Shown: positions 17,653 through 27,996, counted from the stretch's first letter. The stretch: DNA of 64,000 nt from Candidatus Magasanikiibacteriota bacterium (GCA_014729395.1 WJJZ01000014.1:1955-65954), one strand, 5' to 3'. Program-made: numbers and translations. Notes: generated by a model from the letters alone, not told the origin.

Positions 17653-17860
17653 TTTTAGCTCCTTTTGTATTTTAAAATAACGATTTTATATGATATCAGA
17701 AAAAAAAGCTACAGTCAATATCGACTTATTTTTAATTATTTATTTAAATTAAGCCAAATAATCAGATTGTTTTATATATTTTTTTCCATTTGAATTTTTA
17801 TACATTATTTGGTATTATATTTAAGTAAATAAAGGCAATTTAAGTGCTTAATTTTTATAT

Positions 17861-19333
17861 ATGAATCAGAAAGACAACGTTAATATTAATGATGAGCGTG
17901 AGGTTCGTCTAAAAAAATTAAAAGACCTAAAAGACAATGGGGTCAATCCATATCCATCAAAATCAAAGCGTCAGCATTCAATAAAGCAAGTTCATGATGG
18001 GGATATAGGGGATAAGTTTTTTGTGGTGGGTAGGATTGTATTAAAAAGAGAAATGGGGAAATTAACTTTTTGTCAGTTACAGGATGAAAGTGGAAAGATT
18101 CAGATTGTATTCAAGCAAGACGAGATTAAAAAAGGATCTTATAAGATTTTTACAAAAAAAATAGATATTGCTGACATAGTTTTTGTCAGTGGTGAAAAAT
18201 TTTTAACAAAAAAAGGGGAGGAATCCATATTGGTTTCAGATTGGAAGTTGCTTTCAAAATCTCTATTACCACTACCTGATAAATTTCATGGATTACAAGA
18301 TGAAGAAAAGCGTTTGCGTAAAAGATATCTTGATTTGTTAATTAATCCGGAAGAAAAACAGATTTTTATAAGAAAAGCTAAGTTTTGGCAGTCGGTTAGA
18401 AATTTTTTGTTAGGCGAAGGTTTTTTGGAAGTTGAAACTCCGGTATTGGAAGTTACACCGGGCGGAGCTGACGCAGAAGCATTTATTACTCACCACAACG
18501 CTCTGGATTTGGACGTGTATCTTAGGATTTCCATGGGGGAGCTGTGGCAAAAACGTTTAATGGTGGCCGGTTTTGAAAAAACATTTGAAATTGGCAGACA
18601 ATTTAGAAACGAAGGCATGAGTAGAGAGCATCTCCAAGATTACACTCAGATGGAATTTTATTGGGCTTATGCGGATTATCGAATGGGTATGGAATTAGTG
18701 GAAAAATTGTACAAATACATAGTAAAAGAAACTTTTGATACCATGAGCTTTGACATAGGTGAATTCAAGAATATTGATTTTGGTGGAAAATGGGAAGAAA
18801 TAGATTATACAGAGACAATAAAAGAAGTCACTGGAATTAATATTTTGAAAGCAAGTGACGCTGATATCAGAAAAAAATTAGATGAAATGAAGATTGATTA
18901 TGTTGATAATCAGTCACGAGGACGATTGATAGATTCCTTGTGGAAAGTGTGCCGAAAACAGATCAAAGGACCGGCCTTTTTAATAAATCATCCGGTAGTT
19001 GTTTCGCCACTGGCTAAAAGACAGGCTGATAATCCTGAATTAACCGAAAGATATCAAATTATTGTTGCCGGTAGTGAGCTGGGAAATGGATATTCGGAAT
19101 TGAACGATCCGATCGATCAAGCTGAGAGATTTAAACAGCAGGCTGCAATGAGGGAGGCCGGTGACAAGGAAGCGCAAATGCACGATAGTGATTTTGTTGA
19201 AGCACTTGAGCATGGAATGCCACCTACTACGGGTTTTGGGGTTTCTGAACGCTTATTTTCATTCTTAGAGGATCGCCCGATTAGAGAGTGTGTACTTTTT
19301 CCATTAATAAAACCGGAGGCCAGAGATCATTAG
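17861..19333 (+). CDS. lysS: Lysyl-tRNA synthetase, class II
   Basis: N-terminal OB anticodon-binding domain; class II motifs including FRNEGMSREH and GMPPTTGFGVSERL. Confidence 0.9.
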   Translation: MNQKDNVNINDEREVRLKKLKDLKDNGVNPYPSKSKRQHSIKQVHDGDIGDKFFVVGRIVLKREMGKLTFCQLQDESGKIQIVFKQDEIKKGSYKIFTKKIDIADIVFVSGEKFLTKKGEESILVSDWKLLSKSLLPLPDKFHGLQDEEKRLRKRYLDLLINPEEKQIFIRKAKFWQSVRNFLLGEGFLEVETPVLEVTPGGADAEAFITHHNALDLDVYLRISMGELWQKRLMVAGFEKTFEIGRQFRNEGMSREHLQDYTQMEFYWAYADYRMGMELVEKLYKYIVKETFDTMSFDIGEFKNIDFGGKWEEIDYTETIKEVTGINILKASDADIRKKLDEMKIDYVDNQSRGRLIDSLWKVCRKQIKGPAFLINHPVVVSPLAKRQADNPELTERYQIIVAGSELGNGYSELNDPIDQAERFKQQAAMREAGDKEAQMHDSDFVEALEHGMPPTTGFGVSERLFSFLEDRPIRECVLFPLIKPEARDH

Positions 19334-19339
19334 TTATTT

Positions 19340-19759
19340 ATGAAAAAAATTTTGTTGTTTGGCACATTTGACGTGGTGCATGCCGGTCATATTCATATGT
19401 TCAAAGAGGCGAAGGAATACGCCGATCGCTTAATTGTTGCTGTAGCCAGAGATGTAAATGTTGAGAAGATAAAATCTGTCGGAGCACTTCACGATGAAAA
19501 AGAACGAGTTGATTTTTTAAAGCATATTGATCTAATCGACCGGGCAGTGTTGGGCTATAAAAATGATCCATATAAAATAATATCAGAAGTAAAGCCCGAT
19601 ATTATTGGTCTTGGCTACGACCAAAAAGTATTTGTTGACAAATTGGCAGATGCAATAACGGAAATGAATTTGAAAATACAAATCGTTCGTTTGCAGCCGT
19701 ATCAAAAGGATAGGTTTAAATCCAGTAAAATAAAAAAATATATTGAAAGAATAGTATAA
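19340..19759 (+). CDS. Cytidylyltransferase-like nucleotidyltransferase (FAD synthetase RibL / TagD-like)
   Basis: GTFDVVHAGHIHMF (H/T)xGH motif. Confidence 0.6.
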   Translation: MKKILLFGTFDVVHAGHIHMFKEAKEYADRLIVAVARDVNVEKIKSVGALHDEKERVDFLKHIDLIDRAVLGYKNDPYKIISEVKPDIIGLGYDQKVFVDKLADAITEMNLKIQIVRLQPYQKDRFKSSKIKKYIERIV

Positions 19760-19760
19760 T

Positions 19761-20801
19761 ATGAATAAAATTTTGATAGCCACCGGAAATCAAGGAAAAT
19801 TTGAAGAGATCAGCTCTTTTTTAGATAATCAGAGCATTGATTTTATAAGTCTACAAGATATTGATACATCCATTCCTGAACCTGAGGAAACGGAAGATAC
19901 GATTGAAGGAAATGCAATTTTAAAAGCAAAGTATTATGCTAATAAAACAGGTTATTGCGCTTTGGCGGATGACACGGGTTTGTTTGTTGATAAGCTGGAC
20001 GGATGGCCCGGAGTAAAAACCGCCAGAATAGCAGGTTCGGACGAAGAGAGGAGGAGTACACTAATGAAAAAAATGAGAGGTCTTCAGGATACCGATCGAT
20101 CTGCCAGTTTTCAGTCAGCCCTCGCGCTATTTAACCCGGATGAAGATAGTATTTTTGTAGCCATAGGCAAGAAAAATGGCTATATAATCAGTGAAAAGGA
20201 AAGTTTTGAGGCGGTCGGTATGTGTTATGATCCAATATTTTATATAAAGGAAAAACATAAAACATATTCACAGATGGATGTTGTGGAAAAGAACGGTTTA
20301 AGTCATCGTGGCAAAGCGCTGACAATGATGAAATATCACCTTGATAAATCATATGGTCCTCGGCATATAGTGGTGCCGATTGGTATTTTAATCAAAGATA
20401 AAAAAGTCTTAATGCTTTTAAGAAATGATCCTTTTAGAAAAGAGTATCATAAAAAATGGGAGTTTCCCGGAGGTAGTATGGAAATAGGAGAGTCATTACT
20501 TGAAAACATTAAAAGAGAGATGAGAGAAGAAACCGGTTATAACGTAAATGTTGAAAAATTTTTACCATATGTGGGAGTAGAGGACCAAGCGGGAAAATGG
20601 TGGAAGTACCAAGTTTATTTATTACCTTTTTTATGCAGTATAAAAAGCGGTGATGGTAAATTTTCCGACCGTGAAGCAATTGAATCAAGATGGTTTGGAC
20701 TTGATAAGGTCTTGGATCAAGATTTGATAGGCTTAAATGATGTTTTGTATAAAAAAATATTACCTGAATTAAAAAAAATCACTAAAGAATTAAAATTATA
20801 G
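19761..20801 (+). CDS. Fusion of non-canonical purine NTP pyrophosphatase (RdgB/Ham1) and Nudix hydrolase
   Basis: N-terminal ILIATGNQGKFEEI (Ham1 signature); C-terminal Nudix box GGSMEIGESLLENIKREMREETGY. Confidence 0.7.
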   Translation: MNKILIATGNQGKFEEISSFLDNQSIDFISLQDIDTSIPEPEETEDTIEGNAILKAKYYANKTGYCALADDTGLFVDKLDGWPGVKTARIAGSDEERRSTLMKKMRGLQDTDRSASFQSALALFNPDEDSIFVAIGKKNGYIISEKESFEAVGMCYDPIFYIKEKHKTYSQMDVVEKNGLSHRGKALTMMKYHLDKSYGPRHIVVPIGILIKDKKVLMLLRNDPFRKEYHKKWEFPGGSMEIGESLLENIKREMREETGYNVNVEKFLPYVGVEDQAGKWWKYQVYLLPFLCSIKSGDGKFSDREAIESRWFGLDKVLDQDLIGLNDVLYKKILPELKKITKELKL

Positions 20802-20878
20802 GTATTTCAATTAACAATTCAGATAAATCAGATTTAAGCACAGCATTTTTTGTCTTGGCAGGAACAGCTTTCAACTGT

Positions 20879-20957
20879 GTCATTCCCGCGAAGGCGGGAA
20901 TCCAAATTAAGTAAGCAATACGCCTTTTGCCTGGATTCCCGCCTTCGCGGGAATGAC
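20879..20957. repeat. REP/MITE-like palindromic element: 25-bp perfect inverted repeats GTCATTCCCGCGAAGGCGGGAATCC / GGATTCCCGCCTTCGCGGGAATGAC around a 29-bp spacer
   Basis: Read directly; each arm is itself a hairpin ATTCCCGC-GAAG-GCGGGAAT; related copies at 35752-35948. Confidence 0.7.
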
Positions 20958-21060
20958 ATTGCTTTTTTCAATAATACCTATAGTGTTAACTTTAGGTATG
21001 GATGGGTATCATATTCTAAATTTTTTAATTAGTGCTAATCTTTATTAACAACTTACAATT

Positions 21061-21082
21061 AATAACTAACGGATTAGTTATT
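21061..21082. promoter_or_regulatory. Perfect palindrome AATAACTAA-CGGA-TTAGTTATT followed by 3x TGTTAATT, immediately upstream of serS
   Basis: Read directly. Confidence 0.35.
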
Positions 21083-21117
21083 TGTTAATTGCTCATTGTT
21101 AATTGTTAATTATTATT

Positions 21118-22377
21118 ATGTTAGACATCAAATTCATTCGTGAAAATGCAGGGACAATAAAACAAAATTGTAAAAACAGAAATGTTGATGTGAATATCAA
21201 TAGATTGCTTGAGTTGGATGAAGTAAGGCGTGAAAATATAGGAAAAATTGATGAACTAAGGGAGGAAAAAAATAAAAAATCAAAGCAAAAACCATCTGAC
21301 GAGGAAGTTGAACGCATGAAGACACTGGGGGAATCCATAAAAAAACTAGAAGAGCAAAATTCTAAAGTTATGGAAGAATATAGTGAATTATTATACAAAA
21401 TTCCCAACCTTACACATCCTGACGCACCTATCGGAAATGAAGATGACTATGTAATTTTGTACAATAATAAAGAACCGAAAGAGTTTAATTTTGAGCCGCA
21501 TGATCATGAGACATTATTAAGTAATCTGGATGCTTTGGATTTTGAGCGCGGGGCAAAAGTTACCGGTTCCAAATTTTATTTTGCCAAAAATGACTTGGTT
21601 TTGCTAAATTTAGCTCTTATAAATTATGGTATACAAGTACTAAAAAAACATGGATTTATTTTCATGCAAACTCCTGATTTGGCAAAAGAAAGAATAATAG
21701 AAGCATCCGGTTTTAATCCGAGAGGTGAGGAATCTCAAATATATAAAATAGAGAATAATGATTTAAATTTGATTGGAACAGCGGAAATTACGATGTTGGG
21801 TTACCATGCTGATGAGGTACTTGATATGAAAAAAGGACCAAAAAAATACGCTGCTATGTCGCATTGTTTTAGGACCGAAGCCGGTTCTTATGGAAAAGCC
21901 AGCAAGGGTCTTTATAGAGTACATCAGTTTGAAAAACTGGAAATGTTCGTATTTTGTAAGCCCGAGGAAAGTGAATCTGTTCATGAAGAGCTTCTGGAAA
22001 TAGAAAAGGAGATTTGCGATGGACTTAATCTACCTTATCGTGTAATTGATGTTCCCAGTGCCGACCTGGGTGGTCCGGCATATAGAAAATATGATATAGA
22101 ATGCTGGATGACAATGTTGGCAGAAGAGGGTGGACAGGGTAATTATGGTGAAATTACCAGTTGCAGTAATTGTACCGATTATCAAGCCCGACGATTGAAT
22201 ATCAAATATAAAAATGATCAAGGGGATACAAAATTTGTTCATACACTAAATGGTACGGCATTGGTTTTAAGTCGTTTTCCGATTGCCATAGTGGAAAATA
22301 ATCAGCAAGAAGATGGCAGTATAATAATCCCTGAAATTCTTCGGGGTTGGATGGGCAAAGATAAGATTGCTAATTAA
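21118..22377 (+). CDS. serS: Seryl-tRNA synthetase
   Basis: MLDIKFIRENAGT start; N-terminal coiled-coil arm; class II core. Confidence 0.9.
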   Translation: MLDIKFIRENAGTIKQNCKNRNVDVNINRLLELDEVRRENIGKIDELREEKNKKSKQKPSDEEVERMKTLGESIKKLEEQNSKVMEEYSELLYKIPNLTHPDAPIGNEDDYVILYNNKEPKEFNFEPHDHETLLSNLDALDFERGAKVTGSKFYFAKNDLVLLNLALINYGIQVLKKHGFIFMQTPDLAKERIIEASGFNPRGEESQIYKIENNDLNLIGTAEITMLGYHADEVLDMKKGPKKYAAMSHCFRTEAGSYGKASKGLYRVHQFEKLEMFVFCKPEESESVHEELLEIEKEICDGLNLPYRVIDVPSADLGGPAYRKYDIECWMTMLAEEGGQGNYGEITSCSNCTDYQARRLNIKYKNDQGDTKFVHTLNGTALVLSRFPIAIVENNQQEDGSIIIPEILRGWMGKDKIAN

Positions 22378-22378
22378 T

Positions 22379-23110
22379 ATGAAAGATTATAAATTAATTA
22401 TTTTACCCGGCTGGGGTGGTAGTCATGAAACATGGAGTGAATTTATTGAATTGTCAAAAAATGAGTTGGAAACGGTTTGTATAGATTTGCCCTGTTTTGG
22501 TGATCAACCATGCCCCGATGAAGTTTGGGGGGTTGAAGAATACGCTGAATTTGTCAAAGACAGAATCCGGGAAATTAAGAAAAAAAATGATTCAAAAAAA
22601 ATTATAGTGCTTGGACATTCTTTTGGTGGACAGGTAGCTGCATATCTATGCTCAAAAAATGGTTCGATATGCGATTTTTTGGTCTTATCCGGACCGGCTG
22701 TATTTAGACAGAAAAGTAGCTTGCGTAATTATATTTTTTACGCGTTTGCCAAATTTGGGAAATTATTTTTCAGACTACCTTTAATGGAAAAGTTTGAAAC
22801 GACCATTAAAAAAATCTTCTATAGATTAATTAAGTCACCTGACTATAACGATGCCGTTGGGGTAAAAAGAGAAATATTCAAAAAAATTATTCGTCAGGAT
22901 TTGTCCGGTGAAATAAGTAAAATTAAAAATCCAACTTTAGTCATCTGGGGCGAAAAAGACAAATATGTACCGGTCAAGTATGCCGCTAAATTGGATAATC
23001 TTTTAAGAAATTCAGAATTGGAAATTATCAAAGACGGAAAGCATGGCTTGCATATACAACAACCGGAAGCATTAATGAAATTTATTATAAATTTTGTAAA
23101 TAAACAATGA
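22379..23110 (+). CDS. Alpha/beta hydrolase fold protein
   Basis: GHSFGG nucleophile elbow; ATG 22379 preferred over the TTG start used by the track (22367). Confidence 0.55.
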   Translation: MKDYKLIILPGWGGSHETWSEFIELSKNELETVCIDLPCFGDQPCPDEVWGVEEYAEFVKDRIREIKKKNDSKKIIVLGHSFGGQVAAYLCSKNGSICDFLVLSGPAVFRQKSSLRNYIFYAFAKFGKLFFRLPLMEKFETTIKKIFYRLIKSPDYNDAVGVKREIFKKIIRQDLSGEISKIKNPTLVIWGEKDKYVPVKYAAKLDNLLRNSELEIIKDGKHGLHIQQPEALMKFIINFVNKQ

Positions 23111-24702
23111 TTTCAGTTTATAACACTATTACAATTTTAATCCTAGTTTCCTGGTTTTTTTTAATGCTGTTTGATTATGCTGAAATGTGCTATGTTTGGC
23201 AGCTCAAGTCATATCGCTGGGACAGGATAAGAGATTTTTTTTCAACCAAGCAAGGAAAATATTTTTTTAGAAAGATGCGCATTTTTTGGCGATGTTTGTG
23301 GTTGTTTGTTTTACTTGTGGTGCCTGTTGAAATACAGATAATATTACTAATTTTATTTATAATTCAAGAACTGGCAGTTTATGCCATTAGATTATTTAAG
23401 GGAAAATGGAAAAGACCGGCACTTTCATATAAAGTATTGATAATAATTATTAGCACAGCCACAGTTGAGTTTGCATTATTATTTTTTTTGAATTTCAAAT
23501 ACGAATTTTTGATGATATTTACAATTATAAGATTTCTCATTCTTTCGTTGGTGATAAGCTTGTATTATTTGGCTGATAGTTTATTGCTTTTACTGTATAG
23601 GGAATTGGCAAGACGGAAATTGGAGAAGTATGAAAAATTAACCGTAATAGGAATTACAGGTAGTTATGGAAAGACTACTGTCAAGGAATTTTTGTATCAG
23701 ATTTTATCAAATGAATTTAAAGTTATAAAAACTCCAAAAAATTATAATACTACAATTTCTATTGCCAAGTTTATTTTAAAAAATGATTTTAGTGATTATG
23801 ATATTTTTATAGTTGAAATTGGTGCTTATAAAATATATGATGTTAAATTTACGACTAAAATGCTGAATCCTAAAATAGGTATTTTGACAGCCATAAATGA
23901 GCAACATCTGTCGTTATTTGGGTCTATTGAAAAGATTCAAAATGCAAAATATGATCTATTGCGCATGTTGCCAAAGGATGGACTGGCGGTTACCAACATT
24001 GACAACAAATACTGTAGAGAAAAATTAAGTGAGATAAGCTGCGAGGTGAAGACTTTTGGAATCATAGAGGAATATAATCCCGACGCACTGGTTAAAGACA
24101 TAAAAGAAGTTGACAACGGTTTAATAATCAGCGGAAGAGTTAATGGTGTCGAGGGCACTTTCTTTGCTCCTGTGGTAGGTAAACATAATGCTTCAAATAT
24201 TGTCGCTTGTATATTGGTTGCAATGCATCTGGGTATGAAAAAAGATAAAATAATTGAATCAATTGGAAAATTAAAAATGCCGCGGGGAACCATGCAAATT
24301 TTCAATTATGGTAATTCAACTGTAATCGATGATAGTTATAACTCAAATCCTGATGGTTTTAAATCAGCCCTTGATGCAATGAAGGTTTACCCATCAGAGA
24401 GAAAGAGAATAGTGATAACGAGAGGTATACTGGAGTTGGGAGAAAAATCAGCTGAAATTCATGAAAAAATAGGTAATGAAATAGCTTTTGTAGTCGATGA
24501 GTTAGTGCTAGTGAGTAAGGATTATGAGGAATTTTTAAAAAAAGGTGTTGGCAAAAAATATAATACAGATGTTATTATCAAAGATGAAGAAAATGATTTG
24601 ATGAATTATGTAAAAAATTTGAAGAATAAAAATGCTGTAATTTTGGTAGAAAATAGGATTCCACACAAGGTTTATCAGGAGTTAACCGGTTATAACAATT
24701 AA
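23107..24702 (+). CDS. Mur ligase family protein (MurF-like) with a 170-aa N-terminal polytopic membrane domain
   Basis: P-loop GITGSYGKTT; C-terminal DDSYNSNPDGFKSALDAM typical of the MurF/MurE/Mpl C-domain; N-terminal 4-5 TM helices replace the usual N-domain. Confidence 0.55.
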   Translation: MISVYNTITILILVSWFFLMLFDYAEMCYVWQLKSYRWDRIRDFFSTKQGKYFFRKMRIFWRCLWLFVLLVVPVEIQIILLILFIIQELAVYAIRLFKGKWKRPALSYKVLIIIISTATVEFALLFFLNFKYEFLMIFTIIRFLILSLVISLYYLADSLLLLLYRELARRKLEKYEKLTVIGITGSYGKTTVKEFLYQILSNEFKVIKTPKNYNTTISIAKFILKNDFSDYDIFIVEIGAYKIYDVKFTTKMLNPKIGILTAINEQHLSLFGSIEKIQNAKYDLLRMLPKDGLAVTNIDNKYCREKLSEISCEVKTFGIIEEYNPDALVKDIKEVDNGLIISGRVNGVEGTFFAPVVGKHNASNIVACILVAMHLGMKKDKIIESIGKLKMPRGTMQIFNYGNSTVIDDSYNSNPDGFKSALDAMKVYPSERKRIVITRGILELGEKSAEIHEKIGNEIAFVVDELVLVSKDYEEFLKKGVGKKYNTDVIIKDEENDLMNYVKNLKNKNAVILVENRIPHKVYQELTGYNN

Positions 24703-24705
24703 ACT

Positions 24706-25947
24706 ATGAAACTTTTTAAAAAGACAATATTTACCGGTTTTGCTCCGAACATAACAAAAAAAGATATATCTATCTCACTATCTTTTTTACTATTCCCGTG
24801 GAATTGGCTTAAACTGAAAAATGGTAGTTGTGGCAAAAAAGTACTTAATTTTTTAAAAAATTATTTTGATGCCAATGTTTTTTTGTTTGATAGCGGTCGA
24901 AGTTCATTGTATTTTGCTTTAAAAAGTCTGGGTGTAAAAAAAGGAGACGAGGTTTTGGTACAAGCATATACCTGTGTAGTTGTTATTAACGCAATTAAAT
25001 GGACGGGCGCAAAACCAATTTTTGTGGATATAAATGATGATTTTAATATAGACATATTCGATCTAAAGAAAAAATTATCAAATAAATCAAAAGTTTTAAT
25101 ATTGCAGCACACATTCGGTTTACCTGCAGATATTGATAGTGCTTTAAAAATTTCCAAAGAATATGGCATTAAGGTAATTGAAGATTGCGCTCATTCTTTG
25201 GGGGTTAGATATAAAAATAAGCTAACAGGCACTTTTGCTGACATTGGCATGCTTAGCTTTGGTAGTGACAAGGTTATTTCCTGTATTCGCGGAGGTGCTT
25301 TAATTACGAATGATGAGAAAATTTCCAAAAAATTAGCTCAATATCAAGATAATTTGAAAAATTGCGGTATTATTAAAATCATTCAACATTTATTGCAAAT
25401 ACCCATTTTTAAAATTGGTAAGAGATTTTACAGTTTGGGAATTGGAAAATGGCTACTTTATTTTTCAAAGTTATTCAATATAGTTAATAGAATCGTTTAT
25501 AATCAAGAAAAGAGAGGTAAAAAAGTGCCATTTTACCCGACAAAATTACCAAATGCTTTGGCATGTTTGCTATTTTATCAATTAAATAATTTAGAAAAAC
25601 GGAATGAGCATCGCAAAAAAATAGCAAAAAAATATTTTAATTTAATCGATAATAAAAAGGTAAAATTACCCATTGAAGACAAAAACCATCTTTATCTAAG
25701 ATTTACTTTAATTACAGATCAAAGAGAAAAATTAAAAAAAATTGCTAAAGAAGAAAATATAATTTTAGGGGATTGGTATGATTGTGTCATTGCGCCAAAA
25801 GATATAAATATGAAAGCGACCGGATATAATTATGGATCATGCCCAAAAGCAGAAGAGCTGGCCGGAAAATCAATTAATTTGCCAACAAATTTAAATATTG
25901 GAAATAATGAAGTTAATAGAATTGTAGCAGTTGTAAATAATTTATAA
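24706..25947 (+). CDS. DegT/DnrJ/EryC1/StrS-family PLP-dependent aminotransferase
   Basis: DSGRSSLYFALKSLGVKKGDEVLVQAYTCVVVINAI...; PLP-lysine region SFGSDKVIS. Confidence 0.7.
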   Translation: MKLFKKTIFTGFAPNITKKDISISLSFLLFPWNWLKLKNGSCGKKVLNFLKNYFDANVFLFDSGRSSLYFALKSLGVKKGDEVLVQAYTCVVVINAIKWTGAKPIFVDINDDFNIDIFDLKKKLSNKSKVLILQHTFGLPADIDSALKISKEYGIKVIEDCAHSLGVRYKNKLTGTFADIGMLSFGSDKVISCIRGGALITNDEKISKKLAQYQDNLKNCGIIKIIQHLLQIPIFKIGKRFYSLGIGKWLLYFSKLFNIVNRIVYNQEKRGKKVPFYPTKLPNALACLLFYQLNNLEKRNEHRKKIAKKYFNLIDNKKVKLPIEDKNHLYLRFTLITDQREKLKKIAKEENIILGDWYDCVIAPKDINMKATGYNYGSCPKAEELAGKSINLPTNLNIGNNEVNRIVAVVNNL

Positions 25948-25952
25948 TTAAT

Positions 25953-26969
25953 ATGCCTGTTAATATTGTAAAAAATAAAACCGAATGGAATAATGACGAG
26001 GAATTTTTGCAATCCTGGGATTATGGTAATTTTTTAGAAAATTTAGGTAGGAAAATATTGAGATTGTCTGTACAATCAAAAGATGGTAAAACTACACCGG
26101 TACAAGGAGTTATATATAAAATGAAGCCGATGATTAAATATGCTTATTTTCCCAGAGTGGATATTAATGCAAATCAATTATCAGAATTAAGTGAGTATTT
26201 GAAGAAAGATAAAATTGATTTTATTCGAATAGAACCAAAGATGAAAATTGATTTAGGCGGATTTAATACACACAAAGTTATGAATAGGCAAACTCCATAT
26301 ACTTTAATTTTAGATATAGACAAAAGTGAAGAAGAGATACTAAAAAAAATGCATTCCAAAACCAGATACAATATTAGGCTTTCAAAAAGAAAGGGTGTAA
26401 CAGTTAAGGAAGAAATTAATTTGGATGTTTTTTGGGATTTGTATAAAATTACTACCGAAAGAAACGGGTTTCGCTTGCATCCAAAAAATTTTTTTGAAAA
26501 ACTTTTAAAACAAAATTTTACCACACAATTGACTTCCTATTTCAACGATAAAGCTTTATCAACTTCAATTGTTTTAAAACACGATAATAAGATATACTAT
26601 TTTTTTGGTGCTTCCGGTAATTTTCAAAGAAATCTAATGGCTCCATATTTAATGCATTGGGAGATAATTAAATGGGGCAAAAGACATGGTTGTGATAAGT
26701 ATGATTTATTTGGAATGGCAAAACCTCTTTCAAAAGAAGATGAAAAAGCAATTTGTTTTCATAATATGTGTTGGGATAGTACTGATCCACTTTCATCAGT
26801 AACCAGGTTCAAAGCGGGTTTTGGCGGTAATTCAAAAATATTTGGACAGGCGTTTGATCTTGTACTCAATGAGAAAAAATATAAATTACATAATTTAATC
26901 AGGAGGATCAAAGGGAATCCGGTTCCGGTAGGGCACCCTCAAAATAATAGATCTGCAATAAATTTTTAA
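25953..26969 (+). CDS. FemAB/FemX-family peptidoglycan aminoacyltransferase (paralog 1)
   Basis: FLQSWDYGNF N-terminal motif; GNAT-like duplicated domain; length about 340 aa. Confidence 0.5.
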   Translation: MPVNIVKNKTEWNNDEEFLQSWDYGNFLENLGRKILRLSVQSKDGKTTPVQGVIYKMKPMIKYAYFPRVDINANQLSELSEYLKKDKIDFIRIEPKMKIDLGGFNTHKVMNRQTPYTLILDIDKSEEEILKKMHSKTRYNIRLSKRKGVTVKEEINLDVFWDLYKITTERNGFRLHPKNFFEKLLKQNFTTQLTSYFNDKALSTSIVLKHDNKIYYFFGASGNFQRNLMAPYLMHWEIIKWGKRHGCDKYDLFGMAKPLSKEDEKAICFHNMCWDSTDPLSSVTRFKAGFGGNSKIFGQAFDLVLNEKKYKLHNLIRRIKGNPVPVGHPQNNRSAINF

Positions 26970-26970
26970 T

Positions 26971-27996
26971 ATGATAAAAATTATAGAAATATTGGATAAG
27001 AAAATGTGGGAAAATTTTGTTCTGGAACAAGAGAACACATTATTTGTTCAGTCTTGGAAGTATGGTGAATTTTATAAAAAAATAAATGAACGGTATTGGA
27101 TTTTTGGCATTTTTGATGATAATAAGCTGGTAGGGGGGTCCTTGGTGTTGAGTACTCATGCAAAAAGAGGTAATTATTTGTATTTACCATACGGCCCAAT
27201 AATGAGCAAAAAAATAAATGCTGAGTATTTAAAAAAGTTCAGCAAGTTTTTAAGACAATTTGCCATGAAAAATAAATTCGATTTTGTTAGACTTAGTCCT
27301 TTTATTGACGATACTGAAAAGAATAGGGAAATATTTAAGAATGCCGGTTTTAAAAAGTCACCAATACACGCGCTTGCTGAAAATACTTGGCTTTTGGACT
27401 TAAATAAAACAGAAGAAGAGTTATTGGCTGATATGAAAAAAAATCATCGTAATTTAGTAAACCGGTGTCTGAAAAAAGACGTAAAAATTGTCAAAACTAA
27501 AGACCCAAAAGAACTAAAAGATTTTAACAGAATACACGATGAAACGGCTAAGCGTCATAATTTTCACCGTTTTCCTGATGATTATGTTGAAAATGAATTT
27601 AAAATTTTTGCCGGTAATGATCAAGCATTACTTATCAAAGCATATTTGCCAAGTGGTGAATTGGATTCAGCGGCCATCTTTATTTACTATGGTAATATGT
27701 CTGCCTATCGACATAGTGGATCTTTAAATTTGGATAAAAAGTTACCAACGTCATATCTTATACAATGGGAAGCGATTCAGGAAGCATTGAAAAGAGGAAT
27801 TAAAATTCATAATTTTTGGGGGGTAGCACCGGATAATGCCGGAAAGAAACATCCTTTCAGAGGTATCACTCATTTTAAAAAAGGTTTTGGCGGATATCAA
27901 AAAGATTTATTACCCTGTCATGATTTGCCGGTATCAAACAGATATTATTTTGCATGGTTAATTGAAACCATTCGTAGAATAAGGAGGGGGTTTTAA
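26971..27996 (+). CDS. FemAB/FemX-family peptidoglycan aminoacyltransferase (paralog 2)
   Basis: FVQSWKYGEF; paralogous to the upstream gene. Confidence 0.5.
   Translation: MIKIIEILDKKMWENFVLEQENTLFVQSWKYGEFYKKINERYWIFGIFDDNKLVGGSLVLSTHAKRGNYLYLPYGPIMSKKINAEYLKKFSKFLRQFAMKNKFDFVRLSPFIDDTEKNREIFKNAGFKKSPIHALAENTWLLDLNKTEEELLADMKKNHRNLVNRCLKKDVKIVKTKDPKELKDFNRIHDETAKRHNFHRFPDDYVENEFKIFAGNDQALLIKAYLPSGELDSAAIFIYYGNMSAYRHSGSLNLDKKLPTSYLIQWEAIQEALKRGIKIHNFWGVAPDNAGKKHPFRGITHFKKGFGGYQKDLLPCHDLPVSNRYYFAWLIETIRRIRRGF

Noticed and set aside
20850-21032. 60-aa ORF MSWQEQLSTVSFPRRRESKLSKQYAFCLDSRLRGNDIAFF...
   Set aside because: It is the translation of both arms of the palindromic GTCATTCCCGCGAAGGCGGGAATCC repeat (FPRRRESK / RLRGNDI signature). 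It is not a gene.
21040-21117. T-box riboswitch upstream of serS
   Set aside because: The leader is about 80 nt only, with no specifier-loop or T-box consensus (AATTAGGGTGGTACCGCG-like). It is just a palindrome plus TGTTAATT repeats.
22367-22378. TTG start for the hydrolase and other alternative-start extensions (1747, 10606, 45201)
   Set aside because: Downstream ATG codons with better spacing, or avoiding overlap with the neighbouring gene, were preferred. The track's longest-ORF starts overlap upstream genes.
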